Of a stretch of 64,000 nt of DNA, positions 46,584 through 56,159 are shown one piece after another. The first letter of the stretch is position 1. Every line of letters begins with the position of its first letter. A program made the position numbers and the translations under genes. Location of the stretch: the NCBI GenBank assembly GCA_963765125.1, contig CAVXUZ010000004.1, positions 128,792 to 192,791 on the forward strand, read 5' to 3'. The notes beneath the pieces are model-generated. The model ran no database searches. It saw only the letters and a list, made by a program, of their open reading frames with translations, and had not been told where the DNA came from. Source of the DNA: an uncultured candidate division WWE3 bacterium. GTDB lineage: Bacteria > Patescibacteriota > WWE3 > UBA101185 > UBA10185.

Positions 46584-48115
46584 CAAAAATTGATATTGAA
46601 ATACATGACGATTTAATAAGTGTTATTGATAAACTAAAAAACATTAACGATACTGGCATTGAGCTCGTTGTTCCAGAAGGAGCTGTGCTGTTTGAAAACG
46701 TAATCAACATTAAAATGCTGAAGAATTGGGCTGACAAAGAAAGCAGAGTTATCACCTTTGTAACCGACGATGTTTATGGACAAAATCTTATCTTCTCGTT
46801 AGAAGAAGATGATTCCTCTAGTATGTTAGATGTTGATGAGGCAACCGATGACGCTGTGGAGCCGCGTAGTAGCAAAAAAATCATCATACCAAAAATAAAA
46901 TTGCCTAAATTGTCATTCAAAAAGGGTGGATTAGTTTATTTTGGTGTAGGTATATTGCTTGTAGGTACCGGTTTATTTTTCGGGTATAGGCACTTGTCAA
47001 CAGCGCCCCAAGCGTATATTAGAGTTGTTGTTAATTCCCAACCGCTAACCAAGAGCCTAGAGATAAAGGTTAAAAGTGGTGCTACTACAAACGTGGAAAA
47101 TAAAGTTCTCGCCGGAGAAACATTAGAAGTTTTAGTAGAAGAAAAACTCTCGGCACCAACTACAGGTGAGAAAATTGTAGGTGAAAAAGCTACAGGTACC
47201 ATAACAATATTTAACAAAACTGATACAGAGAAGAAATTTAAAAAAGGTACAGATATAATTTATGAAGACGATAAAGATAAGGAGTACATTTACGAGATAA
47301 CTAAAGATGTCACTGTACCTCCAAGAGAAGAGCAAGCTCCAGACCCAGAGGATCCAGACACAATCACCTACATTAAAGGTAAGGCAGACGTAGAGGTTGA
47401 GGCGTCTGTAGTGGGAGAAAAATATAATTTAGATGCGGGTGAAACACTTTCGGTAGAAGACCAAAAAACTACCGCGTTTGACGCTGAAATTAAAGAAGAC
47501 ATCGAGGGTGGAAAAGAAGAAAAAATCAAGGTTGTAGCACAAAAAGATATTGATGATTTAAAAGCAAAAATACTAGAAAACGCGAAGGAAAAAGCTATTA
47601 GAGCGTTGGAGTCCGCGGTAGCTGGTGATAAGAAAAAAATTAGCGGTTCCGAGTCTGTAATTGCAACCAAGGAGTCTCTTAGCCATGTATTAGACGCTGA
47701 GACAGAGGAGCTAACTCTAGAACAAACATACTCTGCCAAAGGTCTGTTATATAAACCTTCTGAATTAGACGCTGCAATAGACAAAATGGTTGTTGATCTT
47801 GTGCCAGAAAATTATGTGCTCTCAACAAAAGAGCGAGTTCTTAATGTAGAGGTTCTAGGTAATACGGATTCTACGGTCTTATCCGACTCGGAGGCTGACC
47901 TACAAGTTACGTTAAAAACATATGTTGTTTCGGATATTTCTGAAGACACAGTTAAGGATGCTGTATTAGGAAAAAATGTAGCCGAGGCTCAAAAATATGT
48001 TGGTGGTATTAGAAATATTAAAACCTACGAATTTAGCATAAAGCCACGATACCCATTTTTTGATTCCGTACCCAAGGACAAGAGCCGTATAAACATTGTT
48101 ATCGAAAGAGAATAA
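46580..48115 (+). CDS. Membrane protein with baseplate-J/gp47-like beta domain
   Basis: GEKATGTITIFN, VEASVVGEKYN, IEGG...VVAQKD. Confidence 0.65.
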   Translation: MTKIDIEIHDDLISVIDKLKNINDTGIELVVPEGAVLFENVINIKMLKNWADKESRVITFVTDDVYGQNLIFSLEEDDSSSMLDVDEATDDAVEPRSSKKIIIPKIKLPKLSFKKGGLVYFGVGILLVGTGLFFGYRHLSTAPQAYIRVVVNSQPLTKSLEIKVKSGATTNVENKVLAGETLEVLVEEKLSAPTTGEKIVGEKATGTITIFNKTDTEKKFKKGTDIIYEDDKDKEYIYEITKDVTVPPREEQAPDPEDPDTITYIKGKADVEVEASVVGEKYNLDAGETLSVEDQKTTAFDAEIKEDIEGGKEEKIKVVAQKDIDDLKAKILENAKEKAIRALESAVAGDKKKISGSESVIATKESLSHVLDAETEELTLEQTYSAKGLLYKPSELDAAIDKMVVDLVPENYVLSTKERVLNVEVLGNTDSTVLSDSEADLQVTLKTYVVSDISEDTVKDAVLGKNVAEAQKYVGGIRNIKTYEFSIKPRYPFFDSVPKDKSRINIVIERE

Positions 48116-48542
48116 TGTGAAACACTCCGAGAGTAATAAAGATGATCTTCTACTAGGCGTTGATTACGGCGAAGTAAACATTGGTCTTGCATTTGGCCGA
48201 AGCGGCCTTGTATCACCATTAAAAGTAGTCAGCGGTGTAAACTCTGAAACAGCCATCTTTGAAATTAATAGATACATCCACGAAAACAAAGTAACAAAAA
48301 TCGTCATGGGTCTTCCACTTACTGTGGACGGAAAAGAAACCACTCAGTCTAAAAAGGTCAGAGCGTTCACAAAGTTATTAAAAATTAGGTCAAAAAAACC
48401 CGTTGAGTTTGTTAATGAATTTAGAACAACCGAAGATTTAAAATCAGAACCAATTGATTTGGGAATAACAAAAATTAAACACGGTGTTGTCGACCACCTA
48501 TCTGCCGCTCTAATCCTAAAAGAATATTACTCAAAAGAGTAA
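48096..48542 (+). CDS. ruvX: YqgF/RuvX-family nuclease
   Basis: LGVDYG, IVMGLP, VNEFRTT, DHLSAALIL. Start approximate. Confidence 0.85.
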   Translation: MLSKENNVKHSESNKDDLLLGVDYGEVNIGLAFGRSGLVSPLKVVSGVNSETAIFEINRYIHENKVTKIVMGLPLTVDGKETTQSKKVRAFTKLLKIRSKKPVEFVNEFRTTEDLKSEPIDLGITKIKHGVVDHLSAALILKEYYSKE

Positions 48543-48797
48543 CTATTTCTTTTTAGACTTCATCACAACATGTGTTGACCCACACAAAAGACACTCAAAG
48601 TTGTCTCCGGGTTTTAAGCAAGAGGGACATACATACATTCCCTCCATCTCAATAAGGTCTCTGCTTTCGCAGGTGTTACAAAGAAAAAGAACGTTTTCTC
48701 GATCGATGAGCCCACAGTTAGGGCACTCAAACTTAACGTTCCCCTTTTTCTGAGGCTTTTCTTCTTCTTCTTCGATGTTTTCATTTATATCGTCCAT
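48543..48797 (-). CDS. Small zinc-ribbon protein (four CxxC)
   Basis: CPNC, CNTC, CPSC, CLLC. Confidence 0.75.
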   Translation of the reverse strand: MDDINENIEEEEEKPQKKGNVKFECPNCGLIDRENVLFLCNTCESRDLIEMEGMYVCPSCLKPGDNFECLLCGSTHVVMKSKKK

Positions 48798-48819
48798 ATG
48801 AAAATGTTAACATATACGC

Positions 48820-48996
48820 ATGGAGTTTTTAATTGTCTTTGCGTGTATATACCTGTTCATAGGAACTGTTTACGCGTTTACCCTATTATTCAGGGGAGAT
48901 AGTTCAATCTTTGCCCTACCGATAAATATTATTGGGGGACCAATCGCACTAGTGTGGTTTGTTGTTGATTCTATAAAATATTTTAAAAATCGTTAA
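48820..48996 (+). CDS. Small 2-TM protein (58 aa; not in the ORF track)
   Basis: MEFLIVFACIYLFIGTVYAFTLLFRGDSSIFALPINIIGGPIALVWFVVDSIKYFKNR; fills the gap and stops 2 nt before the HAD gene. Confidence 0.65.
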   Translation: MEFLIVFACIYLFIGTVYAFTLLFRGDSSIFALPINIIGGPIALVWFVVDSIKYFKNR

Positions 48997-48998
48997 TT

Positions 48999-49757
48999 AT
49001 GTATAAAAATATAGTACATGGTAAAAAAGCAGTTTTTTTTGATTTAGACGGAACAATCATAAATTCTGCAGAGTACTGGCAAACCGCTTTTAACAACGTT
49101 GCTCGTTCGTTAAATATACCCACAATCAGTAGTTACGTTATCCATTTTGGTAGTTCTTTGGGTAATGCATTGAGACGCTCATTAGATGGTGCTATTACCA
49201 AACCAGAAAAATCTTTTGAAGAAATACTTTCGATGATAAACGATGAGTACTTAAGAATATTTGCTGAAAATCCTCTAGAGCCGAGAGACGGTTTTTGGGA
49301 CCTCGTTTATGAATTAAAAGAAGAGAAAAAACTTAAACTCGCCTTGGTTTCAAATTCTATAAAACGAGTGGTGTTAGGTGTTTTTGAAAGTATGGGCGTA
49401 GACCTTGTTCTTTTTGATTTGGTGATTACGGGGGACGAGGTCAAAAAAAGAAAACCAAATCCTGAAATTTATAATACTGCAGCAAAAAAACTAGGCGTGC
49501 ACAAAAAGGATGTACTTGTTTTTGAGGATTCTGTAACCGGTATGACCTCGGCTGTTAAAGCCGGCATGGACGTAATAGTGATTTGGACCGGCGTTGTAAG
49601 GGCCGATCTTTATTCAAACAAATATCGCCTTCTCTTACCAGATTTTTTGGGTCTAGCAGGCAAGCTAGACACCACGTATCGAGAATTTTTAGAAAAGCGT
49701 TTAAATGACTACAACAAGGAAAATAGCCCCCAAGAGGCAGCACCAACCTTAAATTAA
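48999..49757 (+). CDS. HAD-family phosphatase
   Basis: FDLDGT, KPNPEIY, FEDS. Confidence 0.9.
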   Translation: MYKNIVHGKKAVFFDLDGTIINSAEYWQTAFNNVARSLNIPTISSYVIHFGSSLGNALRRSLDGAITKPEKSFEEILSMINDEYLRIFAENPLEPRDGFWDLVYELKEEKKLKLALVSNSIKRVVLGVFESMGVDLVLFDLVITGDEVKKRKPNPEIYNTAAKKLGVHKKDVLVFEDSVTGMTSAVKAGMDVIVIWTGVVRADLYSNKYRLLLPDFLGLAGKLDTTYREFLEKRLNDYNKENSPQEAAPTLN

Positions 49758-49784
49758 TTACTCCAATCTATATTGCTTTACGAT

Positions 49785-49793
49785 TGTGGATAA
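49785..49793 (-). promoter_or_regulatory. Perfect DnaA box upstream of dnaA
   Basis: TGTGGATAA is the reverse complement of TTATCCACA. Confidence 0.8.
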
Positions 49794-49850
49794 CTCGTGT
49801 TAGATTAGCAGTAATATTTACCTAACCTGTCCAACCCTGCCAATAATTAC

Positions 49851-51236
49851 ATGGAAGAAAAAATAAACAACCAGGAACAACTGAATGCCTTCTGGAAGAA
49901 GGTTTTGGGAATTTTACAAACCGAACTTAACCCTATGACCTACAATACGTGGGTTACTAAAATTACTCCCGGCAACATTACAGACACCAGCCTCGACCTT
50001 ATAGTTGAGGTTTCTTATGCAAAAAAGCAGCTACAAAAATATTCTTCACTTATTGAAGACGCTATAAAAAGGGTTGGTAAAGTAGATAGAAAAATTAATT
50101 TCGTAATAGATAAGTTAGAAACAACAAAAGATAAAGATCCTATTGGTCCCTTGTTTGATCTAGAAAAACCCAAAAAATCCGAGGTTAGCGAAGCAGCATT
50201 TAGAAAAGCTGGTATTTCACCTAAGTTTACTTTTGAGAATTTTATTATAGGTAACAGTAATCAGCTTGCGTTTGCTATTGCACAAGCAGTCGCTGAAAAT
50301 CCTGGACAGAGTTATAATCCGTTTTTTCTCTACGCGGGTGTAGGTTTAGGAAAAACTCACCTTGTACAGGCTGTTGGAAACAAAATTCTACAAAATAACC
50401 ATAAACTAAATGTTATTTACACAACTGGCGAATCGTTTATGAACGAGCTAATTGAGGCCATACAGAGCGGGAATCGCGGTAAATACGCTTCAAATGAGTT
50501 TAGAAATAAATTTAGACACGCCGATGTTCTCATCATTGACGATATTCAATTTATTATTGGAAGGGAATCAACACAGTTAGAGTTTTTTCACACGTTCAAC
50601 GCTTTGTACATGGCGGGAAAACAAATCGTTTTAACTTCTGATAGGCCACCAAAAGACTTTGTTAATTTAGAAAAAAGAATCACTTCAAGATTCGGGAGCG
50701 GAATTATCGCTGATATTCAAACGCCAGACGCGGATCTAAGAAATGCAATCCTCAGAACCAAAAGGGATCTTGAGAAAGGTACTGTGCCTAACGACGTCAT
50801 CGATTTTATTGCAAAAAATGTTGAATCAAATATTAGAGAATTGGAAGGCGCTTATATTCAGGTCGCCGCTTTTGCGAAAAGCCAGGGCCAGCCGGTCTCC
50901 GTCGAGCTCGCAGAAAAAGTTCTTGGAAAAAATATAGTTGTTGGAAGAAAAAAAATTGTGACTCCTAGCGAAGTAATAAAAGCCGTAAGTAAGTATTATG
51001 ATGTTAATGTTGGTGATTTAAAAGGTCAGAGAAGAACCAAAGAAATAGTGCTCCCAAGACAAGTTGCAATGTATCTTATTCGCGAACTAACCGATGCACC
51101 TCTTATGGGTATAGGCGAACAGCTCGGGGGGAGAGACCACACAACTATAATGCACGGAATTAAGAAGGTAGAGGAAGAGATGCAAGAGATGGGAAGAGTG
51201 AGACAAGATGTTGTTAATGTAAAACAATTACTTTAA
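49851..51236 (+). CDS. dnaA: Chromosomal replication initiator DnaA
   Basis: GVGLGKTHL, IDDIQF, GGRDHTTIMH. Confidence 0.97.
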   Translation: MEEKINNQEQLNAFWKKVLGILQTELNPMTYNTWVTKITPGNITDTSLDLIVEVSYAKKQLQKYSSLIEDAIKRVGKVDRKINFVIDKLETTKDKDPIGPLFDLEKPKKSEVSEAAFRKAGISPKFTFENFIIGNSNQLAFAIAQAVAENPGQSYNPFFLYAGVGLGKTHLVQAVGNKILQNNHKLNVIYTTGESFMNELIEAIQSGNRGKYASNEFRNKFRHADVLIIDDIQFIIGRESTQLEFFHTFNALYMAGKQIVLTSDRPPKDFVNLEKRITSRFGSGIIADIQTPDADLRNAILRTKRDLEKGTVPNDVIDFIAKNVESNIRELEGAYIQVAAFAKSQGQPVSVELAEKVLGKNIVVGRKKIVTPSEVIKAVSKYYDVNVGDLKGQRRTKEIVLPRQVAMYLIRELTDAPLMGIGEQLGGRDHTTIMHGIKKVEEEMQEMGRVRQDVVNVKQLL

Positions 51237-51545
51237 CTAAATTTGTGGAAAAAGGGTGGGGAGGTATGGAGAATAGAGAATAACACTACAGGCTGTGTGC
51301 ACAAATGTGAGTTTTTCCCAAAAGTTTTCCACAGATTTTTGAAAACTATCCACAGCGTTTTTTCTTGTAATGACAGTTTAAAATCACCCCTCTTACACCA
51401 ATATGTTAAGCTGTCGGGGTTGAGACTTTTCAACACTTGCGCGTCTTTTAATAAGTTATGACTGTAGTTTATTGGTGGTCTGTGCACAAATCCACACACT
51501 CTACTATAACTACTACTTATTATATATATAATAAATATTACAAAG
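51237..51545. other. Putative replication origin oriC
   Basis: DnaA-box variants at 51244, 51325, 51346 and 51488, then CTACTATAACTACTACTTATTAT (DnaA-trio-like) and an AT-only tract. Confidence 0.8.
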
Positions 51546-51563
51546 GGTGTGTATAAAACAAAC

Positions 51564-52715
51564 ATGTATTTAATAATCACTTATATAGCGAAGGTAATAA
51601 ATTCATTAATCAATTTTTTAAAACTTGGATCCGGTGGAACTTGGCCTGGTTATGTAGGATTAAGTCTTTACCCAAAACTTTGGTCAGAGATACCCAGAAG
51701 GGTTTCTGCACCCACAATTTTTATCACAGGAACCAACGGTAAAACAACAACTGCAAAACTTTTAGTGCATATGCTCGAACAACAGGGTAAGAGAGTTTTA
51801 TCTAACGTGTCCGGTGCCAACTTGCTCAATGGGATTGCCTCAACTTTTCTTCTTGGCACCGACCTTAAAGGACAATTAAGATATGACGTGATCGTACTTG
51901 AGGTGGATGAGCTTACGCTTCCTTTACTACTGCAAAAGATAAATCCTAAGGCTGTGGCTTTACTGAATTTATCTCGTGACCAGCTAGATCGTTATTGGGA
52001 AACAGATCTCGTTTGTAATCGTTGGAAAGATGTACTGCAAAAGATAAATCACCAACCACCTACGCTAGTAGTAGATTGTGCACAGAAAGAGTTTCGAGAT
52101 TTGGTTGAAGGGTATTTAGGAAATGTGCTTTATTTTGATGACGATAGAGAGGCTCTAAAAAACTCTGCATTGATTGGAGAATACAACGCAAAGAATATTA
52201 ATTGCGCGCTACAACTCATTTCGATTTTAGGTGTATCACAAGAGGACGCAACGCGAAGTCTCGCCTCGTTCTCTTACGCATTTGGAAGAGGGGAAGTTAT
52301 TAACTTTTGTGAAAAAGAATTTAGAGTAATGCTAGCAAAGAACCCTGAGAGTCTTAACCAGAACTTACGTGCTGTTATACAGGGAGGGTTTACCTACGAT
52401 GCAGTACTATTTTTGCTGAATGATTTAATACCTGATGGGCACGACGTTTCTTGGGTCTACGATGTGGACCAGGAGCTTATCTATAAGGTTTGCGTAAATA
52501 AAGAGGTCTTTGTCTCTGGGCTGCGAAGTTACGATATGGCTATAAGGATTGGTTATGCAGGAGTAGCCGCCAAAGAGATCAACACTGCTTCAAGCATCGA
52601 CAGCGCTATAAAACAAATATGTACACAAAACGAAATATCAAAAGTTTTGGTACTGCCAAACTACTCTGCAATGTTGCAAATTAGAAAGATCTTAATTGGA
52701 AGAAAAATATTATGA
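51564..52715 (+). CDS. murT: Lipid II isoglutaminyl synthase subunit MurT (Mur ligase plus DUF1727)
   Basis: TGTNGKTTT, NLSRDQLDR, LAKNP, DGHDVSWVYD. Confidence 0.88.
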   Translation: MYLIITYIAKVINSLINFLKLGSGGTWPGYVGLSLYPKLWSEIPRRVSAPTIFITGTNGKTTTAKLLVHMLEQQGKRVLSNVSGANLLNGIASTFLLGTDLKGQLRYDVIVLEVDELTLPLLLQKINPKAVALLNLSRDQLDRYWETDLVCNRWKDVLQKINHQPPTLVVDCAQKEFRDLVEGYLGNVLYFDDDREALKNSALIGEYNAKNINCALQLISILGVSQEDATRSLASFSYAFGRGEVINFCEKEFRVMLAKNPESLNQNLRAVIQGGFTYDAVLFLLNDLIPDGHDVSWVYDVDQELIYKVCVNKEVFVSGLRSYDMAIRIGYAGVAAKEINTASSIDSAIKQICTQNEISKVLVLPNYSAMLQIRKILIGRKIL

Positions 52716-53470
52716 AATTATCGATAGGTTATTTTTATAGGGAAGAACTCAACCTTTACGGTGACACAGGAAACATCGAAATTCTCACAGCACGCGCTAG
52801 AGCTCGTGGCTTTGAAGTTGAAGTAACCGACGTTACAACAAAAACAAAAATCACCTCATTCGCAGACTTTAATCTTATCTTTATGGGCGGAGGTCCCGAC
52901 TCGGGTCAAAAGGGCATGTACACAGATTTAGTTGAAAATAAAAAAGAGTTTCTCAAAAACTACATCGAAGCTGGAGGGGCCGCATTGTTTATCTGTGGTT
53001 CTTACCAACTGATGGGTAAGTACTATAAATCGGCAGACGGCAGTATCTTAAATGGTTTAGAGATATTCGATCTTTACACAGAACATCCAGGCCATTTAAA
53101 ACAACGATGCGTAGGTAATGTAGTATGCAAAATATCACCAAACCTTACAGAAAAACCCTTATTCAAAGCAGTAAACCATTTGGGTGACTACATAGTTGGA
53201 TTTGAAAATCACGGAGGACGCACGTATTTAAAAGATAAAACACAAAGCTTAGCAGAGGTTAAAAATGGATTTGGTAATAACGGTAACGACAAAACAGAGG
53301 GCATTATTTACAAAAACGCTTTGGGAACGTACTTACACGGTCCATTTCTCTCAAAAAATCCTCATATAGCGGATTTTCTCATAGCCACAGCACTCAAATT
53401 GGACAATCTGAAGCCGCTCGATGATAATATGATTTATAAAGCTTATTCTGCCCTACTAGCTAGGAAATAA
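52712..53470 (+). CDS. gatD: Glutamine amidotransferase GatD (CobQ-like)
   Basis: LNLYGDTGN, ICGSYQ, GFENHGG, YLHGP. Confidence 0.88.
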   Translation: MKLSIGYFYREELNLYGDTGNIEILTARARARGFEVEVTDVTTKTKITSFADFNLIFMGGGPDSGQKGMYTDLVENKKEFLKNYIEAGGAALFICGSYQLMGKYYKSADGSILNGLEIFDLYTEHPGHLKQRCVGNVVCKISPNLTEKPLFKAVNHLGDYIVGFENHGGRTYLKDKTQSLAEVKNGFGNNGNDKTEGIIYKNALGTYLHGPFLSKNPHIADFLIATALKLDNLKPLDDNMIYKAYSALLARK

Positions 53471-54723
53471 TGCAAACCTTGTACAGTCTGATATTAAGTA
53501 AAAAGCACAGAATAAACTACGTTGTTGCCCTTGTTACTCTTTTATTAACCCCATCAAACTTAGGCCTGCATTTCGTAACCGAGGACGCTTACATTAACGG
53601 CATGTTGGTGGATTACCTTATTCCCACGCTTTACCTTCAGGAAATTTTAATCGCTGTATTTTTAATTATCAACATCGGTGTAATAAAGCAGCAGTTAAAA
53701 AAAGCTGATAGCTACCTCATCTGGTTTTTATTTTCCCTTTTCATTTCTTCGCTTCTTTCCGCGTTTCTTTTAGCATCCCTCACCATGGCCTTAAAGATCT
53801 TTTTATACGCACTGTTTGGTTCAGTTCTTTTTGCAGTTTTTCAAAAAAAAGAGGCAGCGCGAATTATTGTTAACGCTTTAGGTATTAGTGTATTTTTTCT
53901 TTCTTTATTAGGTATAGCGCAATGGTTTTCACAATCGTCAATTTTTAATAATTATTTAGTTTTAGGTGAGCAGCCATACACAGCTTCGACAAGCGGTGTA
54001 AACACCGAGTATTTTTTTGGTGTGAGAAAGGTCCCTTCATACGGAACATTTTTGCATCCTAATATTTTTGGAGGTTACCTAAGCCTCGCGCTTATTGTGT
54101 TAATTGCTAATCTTCGAGAGAAAAAAATTCTAGGGTTGCCGATTGTTCTTGGAATTACAGCTTTGTTTTTTACACTGAGTTATTTTTCGTGGGTAAGTTT
54201 TCTGATTGGGTTGGTGATGCTAGCAGCGTTACTTAGTAGCAAAAAAGTGCTACTTAAAACCACACTTTTAGTTGTTATTACAATCTCTCTGGTAGCTTTG
54301 TATCTACCACTCGTAGCATCGTTGGCCGATGGACATCTAGATAAACTTACGCAAAGCCCCTCGTTTTACAGACGCGCTGACCTTATGAACTCGTCTTACG
54401 AATTAGTAAAAGATAGTCCTCTGTATGGGTCTGGCCTGGGAACCGCATCGGCATATATTGAAACTTACTTACCGACTCCCCACGATCTACGTCTGTCGCA
54501 ACCGCCACACAATATTTTTGTTCTGTTGTTTCAAGAGGCTGGAATATTTACCGTTGTGTTCTTTGTACTTCTGTTTGTTAAAAAAACTTTTGCCGCAGAA
54601 GAGCGAAATAAAATTGCGCTAATTTTACTTGCGCAGCTTTTGTTTTTAGGAAGTTTTGACCACTATTTAATAACGATGCCGCAGACGGGAATTCTAATGT
54701 GGTTAATCATCGCGGCAGTGTAG
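53470..54723 (+). CDS. O-antigen ligase family membrane protein
   Basis: YGTFLHPNIFGG, GSGLG, PPHNIF, SFDHY. Confidence 0.85.
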   Translation: MQTLYSLILSKKHRINYVVALVTLLLTPSNLGLHFVTEDAYINGMLVDYLIPTLYLQEILIAVFLIINIGVIKQQLKKADSYLIWFLFSLFISSLLSAFLLASLTMALKIFLYALFGSVLFAVFQKKEAARIIVNALGISVFFLSLLGIAQWFSQSSIFNNYLVLGEQPYTASTSGVNTEYFFGVRKVPSYGTFLHPNIFGGYLSLALIVLIANLREKKILGLPIVLGITALFFTLSYFSWVSFLIGLVMLAALLSSKKVLLKTTLLVVITISLVALYLPLVASLADGHLDKLTQSPSFYRRADLMNSSYELVKDSPLYGSGLGTASAYIETYLPTPHDLRLSQPPHNIFVLLFQEAGIFTVVFFVLLFVKKTFAAEERNKIALILLAQLLFLGSFDHYLITMPQTGILMWLIIAAV

Positions 54724-54774
54724 TTGCTTGTAGATTGTTGCAAAACTTCTTATAATAAAAACACTGATTTTCCT

Positions 54775-56142
54775 ATGAAAAACAAAACCTGCTCGTCTCA
54801 TAAAAAAAGTAAATTAATCGTAATAGCGCTGGTGTTGACGCTTCCACTCATTCTTACTGGATGTACTCTTGCCGATGTTCCGTTTATCGGCCAGTTTTTT
54901 GGTGCTAGCAACGGCGGGCCATCGCAAGCAAAATTGGGCTCAGCAAACCTTACAGTTTGGGGTTTATGGGAGAATCCAGACGTTATAAATAAAGTTATAA
55001 ACAAGTTTAACGAAACTTACCCAGAAGTAGTCATTAACTACGACGATCGTTCCGTTCTTAAGCCTCTAGTTGAATACAAAGAAAGAGTTTTTGCTCGTGC
55101 TACGGACGAAACAGGCCCTGATGTAATGCGCGTGCACGTAAGTTGGTTACCAAAACTTGTTGGTTCACTTACACCTATGCCATCAAGCATGATGTCTACG
55201 GGAGATTTTTCCACAAAATTTTATCCTTCAGCTACAGCCAATTTAATTAAAGACGATAAAATTTATGGTGTTCCAAGCTATTACGACGGATTAGTTTTGG
55301 TTTATAACAAAGACCATTTTGAAGAGGTTGGTCAGACCGAAGCTCCTACAGCGTGGGAAGAATTTAGACGCCTTGCTTTACAGCTGACGATAAGGGGCGG
55401 TGACCAAGGCAAAGATATTATCAGAGGCGGTGCTGCAATTGGAACTTCAAATAACGTTGATTTCTTTTCTGATATTCTCGGCCTTCTGTTTACACAAGCT
55501 AGAATCGGAGTTCCAGAAGGTATCGATACAAAATCAGCTCAGGATGCGCTCACTTTTTATCTCAACTTTGTAATAGAAGATAAGGTGTGGTCAGAACAAA
55601 TGCCAGAAGCATCAGTCGCATTTTCACAAGGAAAAGCATCAATGATTATTGTTCCCACATGGAATTTGTTAGATATCATAACCGCACACCCAGAAATGAA
55701 TATTGGAGTAGCCCCAGTTCCACAAGCGCAAGCAGACAGCCCAGCTGGATGGGCAACTTATTGGGTAGACGTTGTACCGAGGTCCAGCAAGAACGCAGAC
55801 GCTGCGTGGGCACTCATCAACTTTATGTCCGAGCGCGAGCAGCAACTTCTTACTTATAACGAGGCAACTAAATACAGGGTTTATGGATCGGCATACAGCC
55901 TAGTTGATCTCGCTGGCGAATTGTCTGCAAACACTTACTTAAAACCAGCGCTTGATACCGCCAACGTCGCAAGCACAAACATTCTTGCAGGGCGGGCTGG
56001 TAACAGACGAGAGACAGAAGCGCTTCAGGCAGCTGTAAAAAGTGTTTTAGACGCATCTACCCGGGGCAGTTTTGGTGAAGAGGAGATGGAAAAAGCTGTT
56101 CAAGAGGCGCTAATAAACTTTAAAGCCGAACTCCTAAAGTAA
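54775..56142 (+). CDS. Extracellular (sugar) solute-binding lipoprotein
   Basis: Lipobox LTGC, GPDV, LVYNKD, PTAWEE. Confidence 0.85.
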   Translation: MKNKTCSSHKKSKLIVIALVLTLPLILTGCTLADVPFIGQFFGASNGGPSQAKLGSANLTVWGLWENPDVINKVINKFNETYPEVVINYDDRSVLKPLVEYKERVFARATDETGPDVMRVHVSWLPKLVGSLTPMPSSMMSTGDFSTKFYPSATANLIKDDKIYGVPSYYDGLVLVYNKDHFEEVGQTEAPTAWEEFRRLALQLTIRGGDQGKDIIRGGAAIGTSNNVDFFSDILGLLFTQARIGVPEGIDTKSAQDALTFYLNFVIEDKVWSEQMPEASVAFSQGKASMIIVPTWNLLDIITAHPEMNIGVAPVPQAQADSPAGWATYWVDVVPRSSKNADAAWALINFMSEREQQLLTYNEATKYRVYGSAYSLVDLAGELSANTYLKPALDTANVASTNILAGRAGNRRETEALQAAVKSVLDASTRGSFGEEEMEKAVQEALINFKAELLK

Positions 56143-56159
56143 TAGGTTATAATTCACAC

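Noticed and set aside
26077-48115. Prophage or conjugative element suggested by holin-family, baseplate-J-like and VirD4-like genes
   Set aside because: These genes are scattered among housekeeping genes, with no integrase, terminase, capsid, relaxase or VirB genes.
51233-51580. ORFs 51233..51580 (-) and 51243..51461 (+)
   Set aside because: They overlie the DnaA-box and trio region and have no recognisable protein features.
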